Below, piece after piece: positions 52,142 through 57,345 of a stretch of 57,345 bases of DNA. A program made the position numbers and the translations under genes. The DNA is from an uncultured archaeon (GTDB lineage: Archaea; Iainarchaeota; Iainarchaeia; Iainarchaeales; JAAZKV01). The notes below the pieces were generated by a model that saw nothing but the letters and a program-made list of their open reading frames with translations, was not told where the DNA came from and searched no databases. Every line of letters starts with the position of its first letter. The stretch's first letter is position 1. Location of the stretch: contig CABMEU010000017.1 of NCBI GenBank assembly GCA_902385225.1, positions 1 through 57,345 on the forward strand, written 5' to 3'.

Positions 52142-53113
52142 CTAATTTCTAAGCTTTGTTAACCCGTTAACGCAGTGCTTTACTTCCCCGCTTTTGAGTG
52201 CAAGCACCATTTGCTCCGCAACCTCAAGCGCAACATTCTCCTGTGCTTCAGTAGTTGATGCTCCTAGGTGAGGAGTGCAGGTGACCTTTGGATGTGCGAT
52301 TAATTCCTTGTTCAATGGAGGCTCTTCGTTATAAACATCAAGCCCCGCGGCCGCAACTCTTCCATCCGCGAGTGCGTTAAGAAGCGCACTTTCATTAATC
52401 ACTCCTCCGCGCGCAACATTAAGGATGTAAACTCCTTTCTTCATTTGCGCAAATTCTTTCTCCGCAATCATGTTCTTTGTCTTATCAGTAAGCGGAACAT
52501 GCACTGTAATATAATCAGCGTTCTTGTAAATCTCCGCAAGCTCCGCCTTTTTCACTCCAAGCTCCGCGAATTTCTCCGCAGGGAGGAAAGGGTCATACAC
52601 AATTACTTTCATTTCCATTGCGAGCGCGACTTTTGCAACCTTCTTTCCAACATTACCAAATCCAATTAACCCCAAAGTTTTTTCTTTGAGTTCAGTTCCC
52701 TCAAAGCTCTTCCTATCCCACTTTCCTTCCTTCATGCTTTTTGCAGCGTGATGAATATGCCTTGGTATTGCCATCATGAGCGCAAGGGTGTGCTCCGCGG
52801 CGGCGTTAGTATTCCCAAAAGGAGTATTCTCAACAACAATCCCAAGAGACTTTGCGGAATCCTTATCAATATTATCTGTTCCCACTCCCGCTCTTCCCAC
52901 TATCTTCAATTTTCCCTTCGCTCCAGCTTCAAGAACTTTCTTAGTAATTTTAACTCCGCTTCTCACAACAAACCCGTCATATTCAGGCGCAAGTTTTGCA
53001 AGCTCATCCTCTTTAAGCCCAAATTTAGCGTCAACCGCTATTCCCGCAGAGGTCATTATCTTCATCGCAGTATCAGAAACCGAATCGCATAACAAAACCT
53101 TTTTATCCATCAA
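52142..53113 (-). CDS. D-isomer-specific 2-hydroxyacid dehydrogenase (3-phosphoglycerate dehydrogenase-like, no ACT domain)
   Basis: GLIGFGNVGKKVA (NAD site), VARGG.I, HLGAST. Probable ATG at 53110. Confidence 0.85.
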   Translation of the reverse strand: MMDKKVLLCDSVSDTAMKIMTSAGIAVDAKFGLKEDELAKLAPEYDGFVVRSGVKITKKVLEAGAKGKLKIVGRAGVGTDNIDKDSAKSLGIVVENTPFGNTNAAAEHTLALMMAIPRHIHHAAKSMKEGKWDRKSFEGTELKEKTLGLIGFGNVGKKVAKVALAMEMKVIVYDPFLPAEKFAELGVKKAELAEIYKNADYITVHVPLTDKTKNMIAEKEFAQMKKGVYILNVARGGVINESALLNALADGRVAAAGLDVYNEEPPLNKELIAHPKVTCTPHLGASTTEAQENVALEVAEQMVLALKSGEVKHCVNGLTKLRN

Positions 53114-53240
53114 ACCAACCTCTTGTGCTTTTGTTCTTAAGAAAAAAGTTTTAGTGGATAGGGTTTAAATAAGTTAATATTGCGCTCAAAGTCAAGTTAA
53201 GAAATTTTGGGTTAAGTATTTGTTTTGGGGGTATTATAAA

Positions 53241-55091
53241 TCAGCAGCTCTTATTTTCCCATGTGAGCCATGGATAAGTGCTTCCATTGCAAATGCGCCA
53301 GTTACCATCAATAGTTCCCCATGTGTTTCCTGAGATTTGTGTCCATGTCCCGCCGTAGCACCCTTCATAGCTCTCGCACACAGTTCTCCCTGATGCGTCC
53401 CATGCGCGGCAATTACCATTGCTCACAGCGCTGCACCCGCCCTGTGCGTTGCATGTGCTTGTGGTTGTGAAGTTTGTTGTATTGCACTCAGTTGCAGGCC
53501 CGGTGCATGCATTATAATATGTTCCATTACACAGCGTCCCATAGTATGTTCCGCTGCAAGTGTTAAATTCCCCGTCAAAAACGCATCCGTTATGCGCATA
53601 GCAGGTTTCGCTTGTGACAAATTCACTGCAGTCCAGTGATTCCAAACTACACCCCTCATGATTAGTTTCACAAGTGGTTCTGTTGGTGGAGTCCCACGTA
53701 TGACAGTCGCCTGCGCTTGATGCCGTGCATCCTCCTTGTGTGTTGCATGCCGCGATGGTTGTGAAGTTTGTTGTATTGCATTCAGTTGCGGTGCCAGAGC
53801 AGGAAGAATAATAATTTCCATAACAACTGCCATTATACCCCGCGCCCCATGAAGCCAAAGGAAATGTATCAATAAGATAGTAACGCCCTGAATTAGAATC
53901 CGCCAGCGTCCAAAAAGAAGTTAGTGCGGAACCATTTGCCACTAGCCCGCCAAATAAACTCCCTTGGTTTATCGTGCTTGTTGAGTATGAATCTATAACG
54001 GTACCTTGATTTCCAACAAGAAGTCCTCTTTCACCATTTGAGGAAACTGAACCCGCAGAATAAACATTTATAACACCCGTCCCGCCAACCCCGACAATTC
54101 CTCCGACTGAGAGCGCGGAGCCATAAATGGAACCAGAAACGAATGAGTTCCTAATTATGCTCTCATTTCTTCCCGCAATTCCTCCAGTTACCCCCCAGCT
54201 GGAAACGCTTTCTCCAGTGAGACCTAAATTATAAATCTCTCCATAATTCCACCCCACAAGCCCCGTATATCCGTTGTTGGGCAGATTGATGTATAAACCA
54301 GAAACTATCTTGCCATTTCCATTAAGGGTTCCTGTGAACTTCCCCGGGAGCGTTGAGAGAGTTCCAATTTGTGCGAATGAGAAACCAACAGGTTTGAATC
54401 CTTTTTGGCTGTTCCAATTAATTGAATTTGAACAATTAATATCTTTAAGCAAAATATAATTTGCGCTCAAATTGCTGTTCATGTCCTGGAGCATGTTACA
54501 GTCGCATATCCCGTAAGGACTTGCGAGCGTTCCGTTCCCGCTGAAGAAATACCCTCCCGCTGTGCGAGTACCGCAGTTGGCAATAGATGGAAGAGGTGTG
54601 ATTACATTAACATCAGGCGCAAGAGTTATCCCGTTCTCAATACAATTAACGTTTATTGAATAAGTGTATTTCTTTTGCAATCCGTCCTGTGTGTTGTAGT
54701 AAATCTCGGCATTGCAGGTTTTTGTTTTTCCTTCATTTCCGCTGCATGAACATGCGCTCTCTAAACTCTGAAGAGAAAAAGAGAGCTTGGAGTAAAACTT
54801 TAGTTTTGTATTAAAATCATTTTCTTTTCCGTCAAGCGTGATTTTTGTTATGGTAAGAATATCCTCGGAATTATTTTTCAGGCTGAGTACTCCGCTTCCG
54901 TCGCTTGAAACAATCGCATCCGCGATGCTTAACCCGCCTTGGTTTAATCCGCCAAGAGTATTTCCGCCGACAGCGACATTTTCAGGGTTAGAAGTGGACC
55001 AGACAAAGATAACTACTGAAAGAGAAATAACCATTACTATCCCAAGAATAACGAGGTATTCAATTGTCCCCTGGGCTCTTCTTTGTTGCAT
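53241..55091 (-). CDS. Class III signal peptide / GLUG-repeat surface protein, paralog 2, with duplicated Cys-rich module
   Basis: MQQRRAQGTIEYLVILGIVMVISL. GLUG repeats (TGGIAGRNESIIRNSF, VGGIVGVGGTGVINVY). Two ~98-aa Cys-rich repeats (ATECNTTNFTT...QGGC). C-terminal TIDGNWRICNGSTYPWLTWENKSC. Confidence 0.8.
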   Translation of the reverse strand: MQQRRAQGTIEYLVILGIVMVISLSVVIFVWSTSNPENVAVGGNTLGGLNQGGLSIADAIVSSDGSGVLSLKNNSEDILTITKITLDGKENDFNTKLKFYSKLSFSLQSLESACSCSGNEGKTKTCNAEIYYNTQDGLQKKYTYSINVNCIENGITLAPDVNVITPLPSIANCGTRTAGGYFFSGNGTLASPYGICDCNMLQDMNSNLSANYILLKDINCSNSINWNSQKGFKPVGFSFAQIGTLSTLPGKFTGTLNGNGKIVSGLYINLPNNGYTGLVGWNYGEIYNLGLTGESVSSWGVTGGIAGRNESIIRNSFVSGSIYGSALSVGGIVGVGGTGVINVYSAGSVSSNGERGLLVGNQGTVIDSYSTSTINQGSLFGGLVANGSALTSFWTLADSNSGRYYLIDTFPLASWGAGYNGSCYGNYYSSCSGTATECNTTNFTTIAACNTQGGCTASSAGDCHTWDSTNRTTCETNHEGCSLESLDCSEFVTSETCYAHNGCVFDGEFNTCSGTYYGTLCNGTYYNACTGPATECNTTNFTTTSTCNAQGGCSAVSNGNCRAWDASGRTVCESYEGCYGGTWTQISGNTWGTIDGNWRICNGSTYPWLTWENKSC

Positions 55092-55237
55092 AACATGAGA
55101 AGTGATTGTTTATATAAAAATGTTTCTGGAGAGGGGACTTTGTCTAAAAAAGAGGGATTTCTATTCTAAGATATTTGGGTTTAGCAGCTCTTGTAAAGCG
55201 TGTTGAAGAGCATAGATAAAGCGTTTTATTTTCAGTT

Positions 55238-57345
55238 TCAGCACGCTTTATTTTCCCATGTGAGCCATGGGTATCCTGCCCCTCTGCATATGCTCCAGTT
55301 GCCGTCTGTGGTTGAGTATTTGTTTCCTGAAATATTTGTCCAAGTGCCCCACGAAGCCATAGGCTCGTTTGTATCATAATAAGCCCAAGTAGGATTACTA
55401 TTTCCTGAGTTCACGCCTGTTCCTGTTCCGCATTCTGCCTGCTCAGTTCTATACAAGTCACAATAACTATTTGTTGCGCTTCCAACATATCCGGTTAACC
55501 CGTGTGTGTAAGTGGATCCCACTGTGCGCCCGCTGGCAAAAGAATTCACAAGCGGACCGCCGTTATATACAAGTACCCCCGCAGCCAAGCCGTTGACTGT
55601 GCCCGCGGTATAACTATTTATTGTTGTTCCGTAGCAGGTAGTTGAGAATCCTCCCGCACCTGAAGAATTTGATGTAACATTTGCTGTGGAATAACTATTG
55701 AGTATTGTCCCAGAATTATTTCCTGCTATTCCTCCCGTTCCATTCATATTCGGTCCAACTCCGCTTGACTTTACAGTAACACTTGATATTATCCCATAAT
55801 TGATTCCCGCAAGCAGTCCTACTTCGCCGGAGTTGCCCCCGCTCTGATTATTGCACCAGGATGTTCCTAACGCAAAAGAATTATACTGCCCAATAAATAC
55901 TATTACATTTGAATCAACGATTGCAAGTTTTTGTACTTTTCCGCCTGACAAAATACTATCAAATATTCCTCCTCTCTCGCAGTTCGCTCCCTCGGTGAGT
56001 GTTTTTCTAATATACAATTTGCTGATTGTTTTTGCGTTGCCGTCAAGAAACCCGTTAAAGGAAGAGATTGGGGTGAATCCTTTCCCGCTGTTCCAATTTA
56101 TCGTGTCAGCGCAGTTGATGTCTTTAAGCAAAGCGTATCGTGCGGTTAAGTTGCTGTCTATTTTTTGCAGCATTACGCAGTCACATATTCCATAAGGGGT
56201 TGTACTGCTTCCGTCCCCGCCAGAGAAATATCCCCCCGCGCTGTGACTAGTGCAGTCGCTCTCAACCCGTGCAAGAGTAAGGTTTCTTGAAGCGCTTGCT
56301 TTGGCAGAGTTATTGCTATAATCAATGCAATTAATGTCCCATATGTGGGTCCCAAAGCTTAGTGAATCAATTGAGTAATAAATTGAGTTTGATCCCTGCG
56401 CAGGTGAAGAAACCTCATTTTTATCTACCCCGTCGATGAGAAGAATACACTTTTGCAGGTCATTATTGTCTCCTGCGCTAAACAAAAAGCTTGTTGTCCC
56501 GCCATAAGAAAAAATGTTATCGCTTGGCGAGGATAATGCGATTGTTGGAGGAGTAGTGTCCGTCCCAATAATCGTGTATGTAATATTTCTTGTTGCTGGT
56601 GAGTCAGAAATCCCTAAAGTATCAACGCAATTCACATCCCAAGTATGCAGACCCGCTCCAAGAGCTGACAAATTATATGTGATTGTGTTGCTGGAATTAT
56701 TAACCACCCCAGTCAATTGCGCCCTTGAAACATTATCAACTAATAAATCGCAAGAGCTTAGTGAATTACTTGCGCTTACATTGAAAATAAAGTTTGTGCT
56801 GTTGCTTGATACTGTTGCTCCTGCAGAGGGCGAACTGAGAGTTACAAATACTACTCCTTCAGGGGTGATTACTCCATTTGTGTCAACTGCCCCTCCATTG
56901 TTAGCCGCGAGCGCAGTAGCGGCGCACTCAATGGTTACTGAATAAGTGTCCTTTTTCCCTATTCCGCTGCCCGAAGTGTAGTATATTACCGCTTCGCAGG
57001 TCTTTGTTTTTCCCTCATTTCCTGCGCATGAACACGCATTTTCTAGGTTGCTTAATGAAAAAAGAAATCTTGATCCAAGTCCTATTCGTTTGTTAAAGTT
57101 ATTATCCGCCCCATCAATAGAGATTCCAGTTATAGTCATCCTGTCCCCCGAGTTGTTCTGAAGACTAATTAATCCGCTCCCATCAGTGCCGATAATCGCA
57201 TCCGCGATGCTGATTCCACCTTGTGTTAAGTTACTTGTTTTTCCGCTGGCGATTGCCACTCCTTCAGAATTATTAGTTGAAAGTATAAGCGTAGCGACAA
57301 CTAAAGATATGATAATAATTATCCCGAGTATAACAAGATACTCAA
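55238..57345 (-). CDS. Class III signal peptide / GLUG-repeat surface protein, paralog 3 (N-terminus runs off window edge)
   Basis: The frame stays open above the track's GTG 57259: ...EYLVILGIIIIISLVVATLILSTNNSEGVAIASGKT. Two Ig-like modules, GLUG repeats (TGGIAGNNSGTILNSY), C-terminal TDGNWSICRGAGYPWLTWENKAC. Confidence 0.8.
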   Translation of the reverse strand, partial: EYLVILGIIIIISLVVATLILSTNNSEGVAIASGKTSNLTQGGISIADAIIGTDGSGLISLQNNSGDRMTITGISIDGADNNFNKRIGLGSRFLFSLSNLENACSCAGNEGKTKTCEAVIYYTSGSGIGKKDTYSVTIECAATALAANNGGAVDTNGVITPEGVVFVTLSSPSAGATVSSNSTNFIFNVSASNSLSSCDLLVDNVSRAQLTGVVNNSSNTITYNLSALGAGLHTWDVNCVDTLGISDSPATRNITYTIIGTDTTPPTIALSSPSDNIFSYGGTTSFLFSAGDNNDLQKCILLIDGVDKNEVSSPAQGSNSIYYSIDSLSFGTHIWDINCIDYSNNSAKASASRNLTLARVESDCTSHSAGGYFSGGDGSSTTPYGICDCVMLQKIDSNLTARYALLKDINCADTINWNSGKGFTPISSFNGFLDGNAKTISKLYIRKTLTEGANCERGGIFDSILSGGKVQKLAIVDSNVIVFIGQYNSFALGTSWCNNQSGGNSGEVGLLAGINYGIISSVTVKSSGVGPNMNGTGGIAGNNSGTILNSYSTANVTSNSSGAGGFSTTCYGTTINSYTAGTVNGLAAGVLVYNGGPLVNSFASGRTVGSTYTHGLTGYVGSATNSYCDLYRTEQAECGTGTGVNSGNSNPTWAYYDTNEPMASWGTWTNISGNKYSTTDGNWSICRGAGYPWLTWENKAC

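Noticed and set aside
1-57345. Looked for CRISPR arrays, cas genes, tRNA/rRNA genes, IS elements, integrases, toxin-antitoxin pairs and restriction-modification genes.
   Set aside because: No regularly spaced direct repeats with unique spacers. No cloverleaf-compatible sequences or GTTCRAATC-type T-arms seen in the intergenic gaps. No transposase, integrase or Cas signatures in any ORF. A tRNAscan/Infernal run would be needed to be definitive for RNAs.

Overview
This 57.3-kb window is gene-dense, with about 75 protein genes. I saw no rRNA, tRNA, CRISPR array, integrase or transposase by eye. It reads as archaeal DNA. TATA boxes (consensus AAGGTTTAAGTAAAA) sit a fixed ~30 nt upstream of most start codons, which implies leaderless single-gene units. 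Large secreted proteins carry class III (pilin-type) signal peptides (QGTIEYLV), lipoproteins carry LFGC/LGC lipoboxes, and XPD and XPB/Rad25-like helicases are present. A small-genome DPANN-like lineage is my inference only. Recognisable housekeeping genes are scattered: ahcY, argF, a tRNA-dihydrouridine synthase, a 2-hydroxyacid/3-PG dehydrogenase, an ABC-2 exporter, GT2 and GT-C glycosyltransferases, a radical SAM/SPASM enzyme, NUDIX, several GNATs and SAM methyltransferases, GIY-YIG, GrpB and an M23 peptidase. Roughly a third of the genes are orphans, many with Lys/Arg-rich N-termini. The most interesting signals are: (1) a cassette-like array of eight + strand genes (31.6-38.8 kb) whose boundaries carry a conserved post-stop motif, CACTTTSTTGGAYACTTTTT or ACTCACTTTTTTATAGTT. 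(2) A surface-protein locus (49.9-57.3 kb) with three modular pilin-signal/GLUG-repeat adhesin-like paralogs; one has an in-frame TAA just before a conserved C-terminal module. (3) Tandem Cys-rich secreted paralogs duplicated in a 780-nt register (44.7-47.2 kb). (4) A ~490-aa radical SAM/SPASM enzyme with an N-terminal Cys cluster, located downstream of an ABC-2 exporter and a candidate small Cys peptide. (5) An SF2 helicase with a ~400-aa extension, translationally coupled to a possible transglutaminase-fold protein. (6) A lower-GC membrane/ion-channel segment next to a 430-nt noncoding region full of direct and inverted repeats. (7) Three conserved genes interrupted by in-frame stop codons. 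All functional calls rest on motif recognition by eye; no searches were run.
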